Assembly: GCA_013214705.1 (NCBI GenBank)
Contig: JABSRZ010000003.1
Span: forward strand, 401,443 to 465,442
Length of the DNA: 64,000 bases
Direction: 5' to 3'
DNA from: Hyphomicrobiales bacterium
Lineage (GTDB): Bacteria; Pseudomonadota; Alphaproteobacteria; Rhizobiales; OSC116
Shown: in pieces, positions 1-10,058 of the stretch
Layout: every line of letters starts with the position of its first letter
How positions within the stretch are numbered: the first letter of the stretch is position 1
The notes under the pieces: model-generated
What the model was told of the DNA's origin: nothing
Databases searched by the model: none
Seen by the model: only the letters and a program-made list of their open reading frames with translations
Position numbers and translations under genes: made by a program

Positions 1-416
1 AGAGTTACACTGCGGCGCATAATGAGGCCATCGAATTGGCTAAATATTATTTAGACAAAGCTGGGCTTTATAAACATGCCGATTGGGATGCCGGCAATTT
101 ACCTTATGGCGAGCAAAGAAAGCTAGAAATAGCCCGCGCCATGTGCACCGAGCCTGATTTATTGTGTTTAGATGAACCCGCTGCGGGCTTGAACCCAAAA
201 GAAAGCGGCGAATTAAACAAGTTGCTCATATTGCTTAAAGAAGAATGCAATGTTGGTATTTTGCTTATTGAACATGACATGAATGTGGTGATGAAAATTT
301 CTGACCATATAATTGTGATAGATTATGGCCGAAAAATTGCCGATGGATTGCCCAAAGATGTGCAGAACGACCCGGCGGTGATAGCGGCTTATTTGGGCGT
401 GGAGGAAGAAGGCTGA
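1..416 (+). CDS. livG: Branched-chain amino acid ABC transporter ATP-binding protein LivG, 5'-truncated by the window edge
   Basis: The frame is open from base 3. It carries a LivG-type C-terminus with an LPYGEQRKLEIARAM signature-like region and an LLCLDEPAAGLNP Walker B. The stop overlaps the livF start (TGATG). Confidence 0.85.
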   Translation, partial: SYTAAHNEAIELAKYYLDKAGLYKHADWDAGNLPYGEQRKLEIARAMCTEPDLLCLDEPAAGLNPKESGELNKLLILLKEECNVGILLIEHDMNVVMKISDHIIVIDYGRKIADGLPKDVQNDPAVIAAYLGVEEEG

Positions 417-1126
417 TGTTAGAGTTTAAAGACGTACAAACATTTTACGGCTCCATTCAAGCTTTAAAAGGCGTTAGCCTAAATGTTGAAAAAGGTGAAA
501 TAGTGACGCTGATTGGCGCCAATGGCGCTGGCAAAACCACATTATTGATGACGCTTAGCGGCGTTACCCCGGCCTCTGTTGGTAGCATTACTTTTAAAGG
601 CGAAGACATCACCAAAATGCGCACCGATATGATTGTGCGCAAAGGCATTGCCCATTCACCTGAAGGGCGGCGGATATTTTCTAAAATGACGGTTTTTGAA
701 AATTTGCAAATGGGCGCCATGACCAATGACCCGGCAAAATTTGATGAAAATCTGGCATATGTATTTGAGCTTTTTCCACGGTTGAAAGAGCGTGGATGGC
801 AAAATGGTGGTACATTATCAGGCGGCGAACAGCAAATGCTAGCCATGGGCCGGGCTTTGATGAGCAACCCCGAATTTTTATTATTAGATGAGCCATCGCT
901 TGGCCTTGCACCCTTGGTGATTAAAGATATTTTTAGAGCCATTAAACAGATTAATGAAGAACATGGCATGACCGTTTTATTGGTCGAACAAAATGCCAAC
1001 CATGCCTTAAAACTTGCCCACCGCGCCTATGTTTTGGTGACCGGTAACATCGTATTAAGCGGCACTGGGCAAGAATTATTATCCAACCCCGAGGTGCAAG
1101 CCGCTTATTTGGAAGGTGGGCACTAA
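416..1126 (+). CDS. livF: Branched-chain amino acid ABC transporter ATP-binding protein LivF
   Basis: Walker A GANGAGKTT, signature LSGGEQQML, Walker B LLLLDEPSLGL, and the typical LivF C-terminus (PEVQAAYLGG). Confidence 0.92.
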   Translation: MLEFKDVQTFYGSIQALKGVSLNVEKGEIVTLIGANGAGKTTLLMTLSGVTPASVGSITFKGEDITKMRTDMIVRKGIAHSPEGRRIFSKMTVFENLQMGAMTNDPAKFDENLAYVFELFPRLKERGWQNGGTLSGGEQQMLAMGRALMSNPEFLLLDEPSLGLAPLVIKDIFRAIKQINEEHGMTVLLVEQNANHALKLAHRAYVLVTGNIVLSGTGQELLSNPEVQAAYLEGGH

Positions 1127-1491
1127 TGGAAAACCTATTTATATTTGAAACCACTGCGATGATTGGCGAAGAACCAATTACCTTTATTGTCATCACTTTT
1201 TTAATGATGATGTGCGCTTATTTAAGCGGCCAAAATTTGGCTAATAATTGGCGAACTATGGGCAAAGTGATCTTTTTCGGCGTGATTATTGTGGTTGGGC
1301 ATCGGTTTTTATTGACCACTTTGCGCAATGCTGAATTTTTGAATATAGCCGGTGTGCTGATGTCTAGCGCGTTGATATTCACCACATCAATATTAACTTA
1401 TTTATATAACAAAGCCAATAGAATGGTGAACCAATACCCGTGGGAGTTGAAGAAAAAAGGTCTGTTCGGGTGGAGCAAACTCGAATTATAA
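1126..1491 (+). CDS. Small integral membrane protein of unknown function (about 3 TM helices), translationally coupled to livF
   Basis: The ATG overlaps the livF TAA (TAATG). The 121-aa product has three hydrophobic segments. I recognise no catalytic motif. Confidence 0.6.
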   Translation: MENLFIFETTAMIGEEPITFIVITFLMMMCAYLSGQNLANNWRTMGKVIFFGVIIVVGHRFLLTTLRNAEFLNIAGVLMSSALIFTTSILTYLYNKANRMVNQYPWELKKKGLFGWSKLEL

Positions 1492-1712
1492 TTAGTTATT
1501 CAGTGGTTTGCCTAATTTAATTTGTTAAAAATAGGCAAATGACAGATTAATTTCTGTTAACCGGGTTTGTTAATATTATGCAAGAAATTGGGCTGTACAG
1601 CCTAAATTAAATGGCTTATCGTCGGGTCAACAGATGATTTGATTTTAAGTTATTTGTAGAGGGAGAACATCAAACAATTCGATTTGATGTTAAAAATCAA
1701 AGGGAAATAGAA

Positions 1713-2813
1713 ATGAAAAATATAATGAAAACCATGAGTGTTATTTCGGCCATCGCGCTGATGTCTGGCACTGCCATGGCTGAAATTAAAATTGGTTCAG
1801 CTGGTCCGTTTTCTGGCCAATATGCATCATTTGGTGAGCAATTATCTCGTGGCGCAGAAGCTGCTGTTGCCGACATAAACGCTGCCGGTGGTGTATTGGG
1901 CGAGCAACTATCGCTAAGCCTTGGTGATGACCGTTGCGACCCTAAAGAAGCCGTTAACGTTGCTAACAAATTTGTTAATGAAGGCGTTGTATTTGTAGCT
2001 GGCCATTTCTGCTCTAGCTCATCTATTCCGGCTTCTAAAGTTTATGACGAAGAAGGCATTCTAATGATTACGCCTGCGTCTACAAACCCTAAACTTACCG
2101 ATGATCTATCTGATTATGTGTTCCGTGTTTGTGGCCGTGATGACCAACAAGGTGATGTTGCTGGTGCTTATTTGCAAACTAAATATGCTGGCAAAAAAGT
2201 GGCTATCGCACATGACAAGCAAGGTTATTCTAAAGGTCTTGCCGACCTAACTAAAGCTGCATTTGAAGCTGCTGGCGGTACGGTTGCCCTTTATGAAACT
2301 GTTAACCCAGGCGAAAGCGATTACACTGCATTTGTGACTAAGCTTAAAGCTGCAGGCGTTGATGTGCTTTATTATGGTGGTTACCACACTGAACTTGGTT
2401 TGATTTCACGCCAAATGGAAGACCAAGGTCTTGACATTGACATCGTTTCTGGCGACGCGCTTGCGACTGCTGAATTCTGGTCTATCACTGGTGATGCCGG
2501 CGAAGGCGTACGCTTTACATTTGCTCCTGACCCACGTAAAAACCCAGCTGCTGCTGACCTAGTGGCTAAGTTTAATGCTGAAGGTTATGACCCAGAAGGC
2601 TATACACTTTATTCATATGCTGCTATCCAAATCTGGGCTGCTGCAGTGAAAAAAGCTGGCACAACAGAAGGTGCTGCAGTGTCTGCTGCCTTGCATGACG
2701 GAAGCTCATACGATTCTGTAATCGGCGCTTTGTCTTTTGACGCTAAGGGTGATCGTACAACTGCTGACTATACATGGTACACATGGACAGACGGCAATTA
2801 TGTAGAAGACTAG
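1713..2813 (+). CDS. livK: Leu/Ile/Val-binding periplasmic substrate-binding protein of a branched-chain amino acid ABC transporter
   Basis: Signal peptide ending AMA|EIKIG. The mature N-terminus KIGSAGPFSGQYASFGEQ..GAEAAVADINAAGGVLG is typical of the LivK/BraC family (type I PBP). Confidence 0.9.
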   Translation: MKNIMKTMSVISAIALMSGTAMAEIKIGSAGPFSGQYASFGEQLSRGAEAAVADINAAGGVLGEQLSLSLGDDRCDPKEAVNVANKFVNEGVVFVAGHFCSSSSIPASKVYDEEGILMITPASTNPKLTDDLSDYVFRVCGRDDQQGDVAGAYLQTKYAGKKVAIAHDKQGYSKGLADLTKAAFEAAGGTVALYETVNPGESDYTAFVTKLKAAGVDVLYYGGYHTELGLISRQMEDQGLDIDIVSGDALATAEFWSITGDAGEGVRFTFAPDPRKNPAAADLVAKFNAEGYDPEGYTLYSYAAIQIWAAAVKKAGTTEGAAVSAALHDGSSYDSVIGALSFDAKGDRTTADYTWYTWTDGNYVED

Positions 2814-2835
2814 GTCTTTTATATAATTTGAAATT

Positions 2836-2868
2836 AGGGTTCAGAATTCATTTTCTGGGCCCTTTTTT
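2836..2868 (+). terminator. Rho-independent terminator after the livK-like gene
   Basis: An 11-bp stem (AGGGTTCAGAA / TTCTGGGCCCT, with two G-U pairs) and a 6-nt loop, followed by a T5-6 run. Confidence 0.7.
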
Positions 2869-2887
2869 GTGCAATTATATGCCAGCT

Positions 2888-3259
2888 TTAGAGGCGGTTG
2901 CCAGTGGCGTAGGATATATGCTTTACAGATTGGTCTATATTTAGCTGCAATTTGTCGCCGGATTTGGCTTTGACTTTGTTGCTAAGCCGGATGATAAGGG
3001 TCAGATCACCGACAAAGCAGGTGGCAAAAATATCTGGGCCGGTATTTTTGGTCGATTGAATTACCACACTTAGTTTGAGACTGGCATTGACACTGAGATT
3101 GCCATTGCTATTTGCCGGATCTGCGATGATAAAATCTTCAGGCCTAATGCCGATAATGATGTTGTTTTCGGCAGGGTTGGTAAGGTTGTTGTTCACGGAA
3201 AATTTTAATTCTGCACCCGTGATTTTGGCCATGCCATCTATTACTTCTGCTGGCCAGCG
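2888..3259 (-). pseudogene. Remnant: C-terminal (TOBE-like) part of a MalK/UgpC-type sugar ABC transporter ATPase. The nucleotide-binding domain is absent.
   Basis: The translation (IGIRPEDF.., ..GDKLQLNIDQSVKHI) matches only the regulatory C-terminal domain of MalK-family ATPases. The frame is closed by a TGA at 3260-3262 with no Walker motifs upstream. Confidence 0.65.
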
Positions 3260-3265
3260 TCATAG

Positions 3266-3553
3266 CAGGCGTTTAGATATATATTCTTGCCATTGGCGCT
3301 GCCGAGTATCAGCGTGGTGGTTATATTGTCATTTATTTACTTGGTTAATGAATATCCCATTGCCTCAATGTTGTTGCACAATGTCGAAGACATGACATTG
3401 GCCGTGGGCATGAGACAATATTTATACCGGCAGAAATATTTATGGGGAGGTTTTGCCGTGGCGGTTTTATCGGTCTTGCCGACGACGATATTATTTCTGG
3501 TTTCGCAACGCTATTTGGTTAGCGGTATGAGTGACGGAGCGGTGAAAGGCTAA
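3266..3553 (+). pseudogene. Remnant: C-terminal about 95 aa of a MalG-type sugar ABC transporter permease
   Basis: The translation ..[56 protein letters not shown] is the canonical C-terminus of carbohydrate ABC permeases. The frame is closed by a TAG at 3263-3265, directly abutting the oppositely oriented ATPase remnant. Confidence 0.7.
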
Positions 3554-3641
3554 ATGGATGATTTGATCATGTAATAGTTGAGATTACAGCTTTAAATTGT
3601 TATAAAACTTATATTGATAGGTATAATTTCATATAATAGTT

Positions 3642-4877
3642 TTGAGTTCGAGATTTGCAATGAAAAAAAAGATCGGAATTACTGTTGTCGGCCAAGGCTT
3701 TGTAGGCCTAGTTAACTTTCTGATTACATTATCTTTTTTAAAATTCTCATCACCAGGTGAATTTGGTGTTTATGCGCTCATATTTTCAATCATGTTATTA
3801 TTTGGTGGCATTCAAAACGCCTTGGTCAACACGCCATTGGCGGTTTATCATGCTGCCGCGCTAGACCACACTCTACAAACCGATATCGACCAATCCATTA
3901 AATTAGTATCTAGAGTGAATAACTTAATGGCGGCGCTGATGGTGTTTTTGGCTTGGTGGTTATTGGCGGGCGCAGATTGGTTGTTTTCGGCTGCAGTTGG
4001 GCTGCTTATCTTGGCCCATCAAGTTCGGGAATATCATAAAAATCGGGCGATTGTCATGGCCGAAGTCACTAAAAGTGCATTGTCTGACATATTATATTCG
4101 GTGATGTTTGTTATGGCGATGGCCTATCTCGCGCAGACTGAGGTGACGGTTGAATATGTTGTTTACAGCCAAATTCTGGCGATGGCCATATCGTCGTTCA
4201 TTTTCATCGGCAGCCCGGTTAAATCTATCGGCATTAAACCGGCATGGCAGACTTACCGGGCGATTTTTACTGATAGTCGCTGGTCATTATTAGGCGTATT
4301 TTCGAGTGAAATACAGTCGCGAGGCTATATTTATATATTGGCATATTTTTTCAGCGCCAATATTGTCGGCCTCGTACAAGCCGGCAAGGTGTTTTTTGGC
4401 CCGCTAAACATGGTGGTTATGGCGTGGGGTAAAATTTATAGGCCTAAATTTGCCAAAATGATTGCGCAGAATGACCCTATCTTAAAAATAATGCTCATCA
4501 GCGCGCTCACTTTTGGCGCTATGAATGCGGTTTTCTATGCACTCGCCATCATCAACTGGGATTTGATATCTGGTTTGATTTTCTCTGACGAATATTCGAA
4601 CGTGAAAATATATTTCAGTCTGTGGAGTGTGGTTTTATTATTTGTGCATTGGCGAACCATCTTATCAATTGTCTGCCAGTCGGCAAAATTATTTAAGCCC
4701 TTGGCTATTATCGGCATGATATCGGTGGTTATTTCTCTGCTAAGTCTGGTGATCATCCTAAACATCAGTGGCGTCGAATTTGTGCCAGTTTCGGTGGTTT
4801 TATCTGAAATATTTTTGGTTATTGGGCTAATAAGCGTGTTGAAAAACCGAGGAGTGGGTGGCCATGCAAGCGCTTAA
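3642..4877 (+). CDS. Polysaccharide/oligosaccharide flippase (Wzx-like, MOP superfamily)
   Basis: A 411-aa polytopic membrane protein with a Wzx-like N-terminus (..FLKFSSPGEFGVYALIFS..). It is the first gene of a glycosyltransferase cluster. An alternative ATG start lies at 3660. Confidence 0.6.
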   Translation: MSSRFAMKKKIGITVVGQGFVGLVNFLITLSFLKFSSPGEFGVYALIFSIMLLFGGIQNALVNTPLAVYHAAALDHTLQTDIDQSIKLVSRVNNLMAALMVFLAWWLLAGADWLFSAAVGLLILAHQVREYHKNRAIVMAEVTKSALSDILYSVMFVMAMAYLAQTEVTVEYVVYSQILAMAISSFIFIGSPVKSIGIKPAWQTYRAIFTDSRWSLLGVFSSEIQSRGYIYILAYFFSANIVGLVQAGKVFFGPLNMVVMAWGKIYRPKFAKMIAQNDPILKIMLISALTFGAMNAVFYALAIINWDLISGLIFSDEYSNVKIYFSLWSVVLLFVHWRTILSIVCQSAKLFKPLAIIGMISVVISLLSLVIILNISGVEFVPVSVVLSEIFLVIGLISVLKNRGVGGHASA

Positions 4878-6138
4878 AACCGGCTCAGATATAGGATATA
4901 GCCACAAAAGATTTGAATTGCCAAATATTCTATTATTTTTAATATCATTATGGGTGTTGGATGTATTTTTGATGGATTTTAGCGTCCATACGCGGGTCGA
5001 TAATGCTGATGATGCTGCCGCTTTTTATGCCTCTGGCGGCATCGGCAACCAAGTGTTTTGGCTGGTTAGTTTTTTGGTTTCGGTGTGGCTGACGGTTAGC
5101 TATAAAGTCATCACTACAGCGGCTATTTTGCACAATTGGGCGCTTATATTATTGATTGGCATTGGCGTGGCTAGCTGTGTTTGGAGCGCCAGCCCATGGG
5201 ATAGTTTCCGCCGTATAATATTGCAAATATTTGTCGCCTATTCATTGTTTGCCGTCATATTTTTAATGCCGTCGCCGAGGGCAATTTTCAACACCATTTA
5301 CCTAGCATTTTGGCTGGTTTTAAGTTTAGATCTGATTTTTTTATGGTTGAACGGCCCACAACTCGACATTGGTTTCCCCGGCATTCATGGCAATAAAAAC
5401 ACATTAGGGTTTGTCGCCGCATCGGCGGTATTTCTCGGCATTGGACTTATTGAAAAGCAGCAAACCAATTTTTTGAAATATATATTCATAGTATTTTGGC
5501 TAATATTGCTATTTATCAGCCAATCTAAAACGTCAATCGCATTATGTTTTGTCGCCATCCTCGCCTATGGGTTGATGCTGAATATCAATAAATTATTACC
5601 CGCCAAACTAACGGCCACACTGCTCGTGGGCATGTTTTTCATCATCATTGGATGGCTGTTATATGCCATCGGCCTGGATGATTTAAATTTGAACAGCCTG
5701 CTGGATGCGCTAGATGATGGAACCTTAACCGGGCGCGCCAAATTATGGAAATTTGCGATTGATTTTCAATTTGAAAATGGCGTATTGGGCTATGGTTATG
5801 GCGCTTTTTGGGGTACGGGAAATTCACCCAACGTCATCTATGGTGATGATTTTATTCAATATATCATACAGGGGCATAATGGTTATTTGGACATTATATT
5901 ACAATTTGGCTATTTGGGATATGTTATTTTAGCTGGCATATTATGTTTTAGTGGCGTGGTTTTAATACGATCTGGCAATTGGGGAGACTGTAATTTCATA
6001 TTATTCTGTTTTTGTTTATTGTTTATTCTGCATAACCTCACTGAAACCAGTATGTTTAGATCCACACATTTTTTATGGCTGATAATGCTGATTGTTTATT
6101 TTATCTACACCCGCGATAGAATGTGGAAAAAAATATGA
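4858..6138 (+). CDS. O-antigen polymerase/ligase family membrane protein (Wzy_C domain)
   Basis: A polytopic membrane protein with the Wzy_C-type loop (..GYGYGAFWG..GHNGYLDIILQFGYLGY..). It overlaps the flippase stop. An alternative ATG lies at 4864. Confidence 0.7.
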   Translation: MAMQALKTGSDIGYSHKRFELPNILLFLISLWVLDVFLMDFSVHTRVDNADDAAAFYASGGIGNQVFWLVSFLVSVWLTVSYKVITTAAILHNWALILLIGIGVASCVWSASPWDSFRRIILQIFVAYSLFAVIFLMPSPRAIFNTIYLAFWLVLSLDLIFLWLNGPQLDIGFPGIHGNKNTLGFVAASAVFLGIGLIEKQQTNFLKYIFIVFWLILLFISQSKTSIALCFVAILAYGLMLNINKLLPAKLTATLLVGMFFIIIGWLLYAIGLDDLNLNSLLDALDDGTLTGRAKLWKFAIDFQFENGVLGYGYGAFWGTGNSPNVIYGDDFIQYIIQGHNGYLDIILQFGYLGYVILAGILCFSGVVLIRSGNWGDCNFILFCFCLLFILHNLTETSMFRSTHFLWLIMLIVYFIYTRDRMWKKI

Positions 6139-7037
6139 AAAACCTTGGCCTCATTAGCGTCTGCCTGTGCACATTTAAACGGCCACATGTGGTGAAAACC
6201 ATTGCCAGCCTCCTCGAGCAGAAATTGCCACCAGATATGCGGCTAGAAATTATAGTTGTCGATAATGATAAACAAAAAAGTGCGCAACAGGCGGTTGAGG
6301 CGATGCAATATGAAACTGTGCCTGTTCGATATTATGCATGCGAGCGGCAAAATATTGCGGCGGCGAGAAATGAAAGTTTGAAAAATGCCGATGGTGAATG
6401 GATAGCTTTCATCGATGATGACGAGATTGCGCAACAAAACTGGTTGATGAACCTATTTGCAACCCAGAAAAAAACCAATGCCGACGCGGTGGTTGGCAAT
6501 GTGATTGGCTTATATCCACCCCATACCCCAGCATGGATAAAAAAGGCTGATTTATTTAGCAAAACCAATAAAGTTGATTGCCAAAAATTGACCACTGCAT
6601 CCACATGCAATATATTAGTTAAAAAACAAACGCTTACAGGGTTGGAATTCTTATTTGATGAGGAATATGGCTTGACAGGCGGTGAAGATGCTGAAATTTT
6701 TAGCCGTATATTTTCTGCTGGTGGCCACATAGTGGCAAGCCCCAAGGCGATTGTTACTGAAATTGTGGAAGATGGCCGGCTTAATATGGCTTATTTAAAG
6801 CTCAGGGCAATCAGAGGCGGCGAATGCTATGCGCGGATATACAATAAGTCGGGTTTTATCAACAAAATCGGGCAGTTAATTTTATCGCTGGTGAAAATTA
6901 TGATTTTCGTTGGTTTGGCGTTGGTTTGTTTGCCATTTGGCAAACCATATTATGTGAGATTCACGTTAAAAGCATGGGCATCATTTGGCCGCTTAAAAGT
7001 TTTATGTGGCTGCAAATTGATACAGATTTACAATTAA
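6123..7037 (+). CDS. Glycosyltransferase family 2
   Basis: The N-terminal GT-A signature ISVCLCTFKRP...LLEQ..., the VVDND and FIDDDE (DXD) motifs, and a C-terminal membrane-associated tail. Confidence 0.85.
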   Translation: MEKNMKNLGLISVCLCTFKRPHVVKTIASLLEQKLPPDMRLEIIVVDNDKQKSAQQAVEAMQYETVPVRYYACERQNIAAARNESLKNADGEWIAFIDDDEIAQQNWLMNLFATQKKTNADAVVGNVIGLYPPHTPAWIKKADLFSKTNKVDCQKLTTASTCNILVKKQTLTGLEFLFDEEYGLTGGEDAEIFSRIFSAGGHIVASPKAIVTEIVEDGRLNMAYLKLRAIRGGECYARIYNKSGFINKIGQLILSLVKIMIFVGLALVCLPFGKPYYVRFTLKAWASFGRLKVLCGCKLIQIYN

Positions 7038-7043
7038 TTTTAT

Positions 7044-7988
7044 TTGTTTTTGGGACCTTATATGACGAGTAAAAACTTATCTCCTATCTGTTTATTCAGC
7101 TATAACCGACTTGATGAGTTGAAACAAACGGTTGAAGCGTTGCAAAAAAATGATTTGGCAAATGAGAGTGAGCTGTTTATTTTTTCAGATGGATGGCGGA
7201 TTGACGAGACAAAGCAAAGGGTTTTGGCGGTGCGCTCATTTGTAAAAACCATTGTCGGTTTTAAAAAAATTACCATTATTGAATCTGAGATCAATATGGG
7301 GTTGGCGACATCTATTATATCGGGGGTGAGTAAAGTTATTGATGAATTTGGCAGCGTAATTGTTGTCGAAGATGATTTAATCACCAGTCCGAATTTTTTA
7401 ACTTTTATGAACGAAGCGCTGATTCATTATAAAAACCGTCAGGATGTGTTTTCTATATCTGGTTATACTGGCATCCTGCAAGCCCTTGATAATTATAGAT
7501 ATGATAGTTATTTATCCTACCGGCCTTGCTCTTCGGGTTGGGCAAGTTGGCAGAACCAATGGGATGATATTGATTGGAGTGTTGAAGATTTTAAGACCTT
7601 TATTAGCGATAGAAAAAAAGTGACCAAGTTTAACCGAGGTGGCATCGATATGGCGCGCATGTTGCGCCATTATTTTGACGGCAAAAATAATTCTTGGGCG
7701 ATAAGATGGTCTTATTCTATGTTTAAGAAAAATAAATATTGCATCTATCCGACTGTTTCTAAAGTGCAAAATATTGGGTTTGGCATTGATGCGACACATT
7801 GCAAGGGGGTGGATATTTATCAAACAACACTAGATCAAACAAATTTAAGCGAGTTTAAATTCAATGATGAAGATAAAGTAGACCCTATAATTGCCAAGCA
7901 ATTCAAATATCGGTTCAGTTACCAAAACAAAGCCCTTAAAACTGCACAATATTACCTGAAGAGGTTTTTTCATGACAAAAAAAGCTAA
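7044..7988 (+). CDS. Putative glycosyltransferase (GT-A-like, family not assigned)
   Basis: It has CLFSYNRLDELKQTVEALQKN..LFIFSDG.. and VVEDDL (DXD-like) motifs and sits among glycosyltransferases. The more likely ATG start is at 7062. Confidence 0.6.
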   Translation: MFLGPYMTSKNLSPICLFSYNRLDELKQTVEALQKNDLANESELFIFSDGWRIDETKQRVLAVRSFVKTIVGFKKITIIESEINMGLATSIISGVSKVIDEFGSVIVVEDDLITSPNFLTFMNEALIHYKNRQDVFSISGYTGILQALDNYRYDSYLSYRPCSSGWASWQNQWDDIDWSVEDFKTFISDRKKVTKFNRGGIDMARMLRHYFDGKNNSWAIRWSYSMFKKNKYCIYPTVSKVQNIGFGIDATHCKGVDIYQTTLDQTNLSEFKFNDEDKVDPIIAKQFKYRFSYQNKALKTAQYYLKRFFHDKKS

Positions 7989-9099
7989 ACTCCTGTGTAT
8001 TTTGCACCTCGCGCCGCCCGCACATGGGGCCGCAAAAGTAGGCGAGTTTGTTGCCAATAGCCAAAAATTACATCATGAATTTGAGTGTAAATATATAACC
8101 ATCCGAACCTCTGACTCGATCGAGAGTTTGCAGCGGTTCAGCCTGAAAAAACTCTATTATGCGGTATATTTGTGGGTTCAAATTTTATTGACTTTGCTAT
8201 TTTTTTGGCCGCAAAAAATATATTTCACTGCCTCGGTAAACGGCTTGGCTTTTTATCGGGATTTGTCGGTATCCCTGTTATGGAAGGCATATTCAGTCTT
8301 CACAAAAGTTGACATATACTATCATTATCACACGCAGGGTGTGGATGAGTTTGTGGCAAAGTCTAATATGAATTTGCAGTTGACGCGGTTTTTACTCAAC
8401 AATGTCAACTTGATATTGTTAAGCCCGATATTGCTTGCAGACTTTAAAAAGGTGCCCACATATAAACAAATATTATATTTGCCAAATGGGGTTGAAGATG
8501 GGTTTGGCGATGAAGAATTTGAGTTATATATCAACGATAAATTCAGAAATACAGGCAAAACTGTAAATATCTTATTTTTATCAAATATGATTAAATCAAA
8601 AGGCTATTTTGAGGTTTTGGAACTCGCAAAATTAAGTGTCGGGAAAAATATTCATTTTAATTTTGCTGGCGCATGGCAATCTAAACAAGACGAGGCCGAA
8701 TTCTATGAATACATTCAAAACAATAATCTTGAACAGACTATAAAATTTCTTGGTTTTGTAAATGAACAGGAAAAACGAAAATTATTGTTAGAATCTAATT
8801 TATTTGTATATCCCACCAAAAATGATGCCTTCCCACTCACAATACTTGAAGCATTGTCGTTCGGAATTCCTTGTATCTCCACGCCAGTTGGCTCTATTCC
8901 GTATATATTGAATAAAGATACGGGAATAATGTTGACTGAGGAGGTGGATTTGCCCACCGCTTTAATTCAGGCTTTATCGGCGTATAATGACAGGTCAACA
9001 GCATTGAATTGCCGCCAAAGATTTAGAGAAAATTTCACTCTCACTATATTTGAAGATAATTTGATCGACATATTAAAAAATCAATTGACCATATATTAG
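7972..9099 (+). CDS. Glycosyltransferase family 4 (GT-B fold)
   Basis: The C-terminal EX7E-type region (FPLTILEALSFGIPCISTPVGSIPYIL) is typical of GT4/GT1-superfamily enzymes. Confidence 0.8.
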   Translation: MTKKAKLLCILHLAPPAHGAAKVGEFVANSQKLHHEFECKYITIRTSDSIESLQRFSLKKLYYAVYLWVQILLTLLFFWPQKIYFTASVNGLAFYRDLSVSLLWKAYSVFTKVDIYYHYHTQGVDEFVAKSNMNLQLTRFLLNNVNLILLSPILLADFKKVPTYKQILYLPNGVEDGFGDEEFELYINDKFRNTGKTVNILFLSNMIKSKGYFEVLELAKLSVGKNIHFNFAGAWQSKQDEAEFYEYIQNNNLEQTIKFLGFVNEQEKRKLLLESNLFVYPTKNDAFPLTILEALSFGIPCISTPVGSIPYILNKDTGIMLTEEVDLPTALIQALSAYNDRSTALNCRQRFRENFTLTIFEDNLIDILKNQLTIY

Positions 9100-9165
9100 G
9101 ATCAACATGTATTTGCGCAACAATAGCCGCTATATTGGTATATAATTAGGGATAGATGTTTTCAT

Positions 9166-9912
9166 ATGCCAGCCATTCAACCCATCCTCAAAATGCGTGT
9201 TTCGGTTACGAATTTAGCCGCGTGCCTGCAACAGGTTATGGAACTTGCTGGCAAAAAAAAGGCTGCATATATTTGCTTGTCTAATGTCCATATGTGTATG
9301 TTAACATTCGATAATGATCGGTTCTTAAAAATTGTAAATGATGCGGATTTGGTTATACCGGACGGCAAGCCGATAAGTGTTGCTCAACGGCTACTTGGCC
9401 ACAAACGAGCGCAACAAGTGCGCGGACAAGACATTATGAACGCCATTTGTGCAAGCTCTGGTGAATATAAGTTAAAAATTGGGTTTTATGGTGGTTCGTC
9501 AGATCCACTGCTTAACAAAATGATCAGCAAGCTAAAGTCTGTTCATACGGGCATACAAATTGCCTATGTTTATGCGCCGCCGTTCCGACCGCTTACTGCT
9601 GCTGAAGACATTAATGTATGCGATGAAATTAACCGCGCCAATGTTGACATATTATTTGTTGGGATTGGCTGCCCGAAACAAGAAATTTGGATGGAACAAC
9701 ATAAGCAAAAATTAAATTGCGTTATGCTAGGTGTTGGTGCGGCATTTGATTTTATCGCTGGTAACCAAAAACATGCGCCAAAATGGATGCAAGAAATTGG
9801 TGTGGAATGGCTGTATAGATTATGTAATGAACCCAAGCGTTTGTGGAAACGTTACTGCCGACAAAATCCACGATTTATTTACCATTTCATACACCAACTT
9901 ATACGCAATTAA
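9166..9912 (+). CDS. WecG/TagA/CpsF family glycosyltransferase
   Basis: Family-typical blocks PDGKPI..RGQD.., FYGG.., ILFVGIGCPKQEIWM, GVGAAFDFIAG..APKWMQEIGVEWLYRL..EPKRLWKRY. Confidence 0.88.
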   Translation: MPAIQPILKMRVSVTNLAACLQQVMELAGKKKAAYICLSNVHMCMLTFDNDRFLKIVNDADLVIPDGKPISVAQRLLGHKRAQQVRGQDIMNAICASSGEYKLKIGFYGGSSDPLLNKMISKLKSVHTGIQIAYVYAPPFRPLTAAEDINVCDEINRANVDILFVGIGCPKQEIWMEQHKQKLNCVMLGVGAAFDFIAGNQKHAPKWMQEIGVEWLYRLCNEPKRLWKRYCRQNPRFIYHFIHQLIRN

Positions 9913-10058
9913 TGAGATATCTGGCAACAATGTGGGTGGTTTTACCGCATTGGCGAAAGTGCCTGAAGGCGATAAGACATTGTTATTGACAGAGAAGTAA
10001 TCGGCTTATATGCCTTTAGTTAGAACTCATAGATTAAAATAATCAAAGCGGATCATAT

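Noticed and set aside
1507-1539. An 8-bp hairpin (TTTGCCTA-N17-TAGGCAAA) after the small membrane protein gene, considered as a terminator
   Set aside because: It has a large loop and no following T-tract, so it cannot be called an intrinsic terminator.
3075-3395. A 106-aa plus-strand ORF spanning the junction of the two ABC-transporter remnants
   Set aside because: It reads antisense through the ATPase fragment and out of frame into the permease fragment. It is an artefact of the rearranged region, not a gene.
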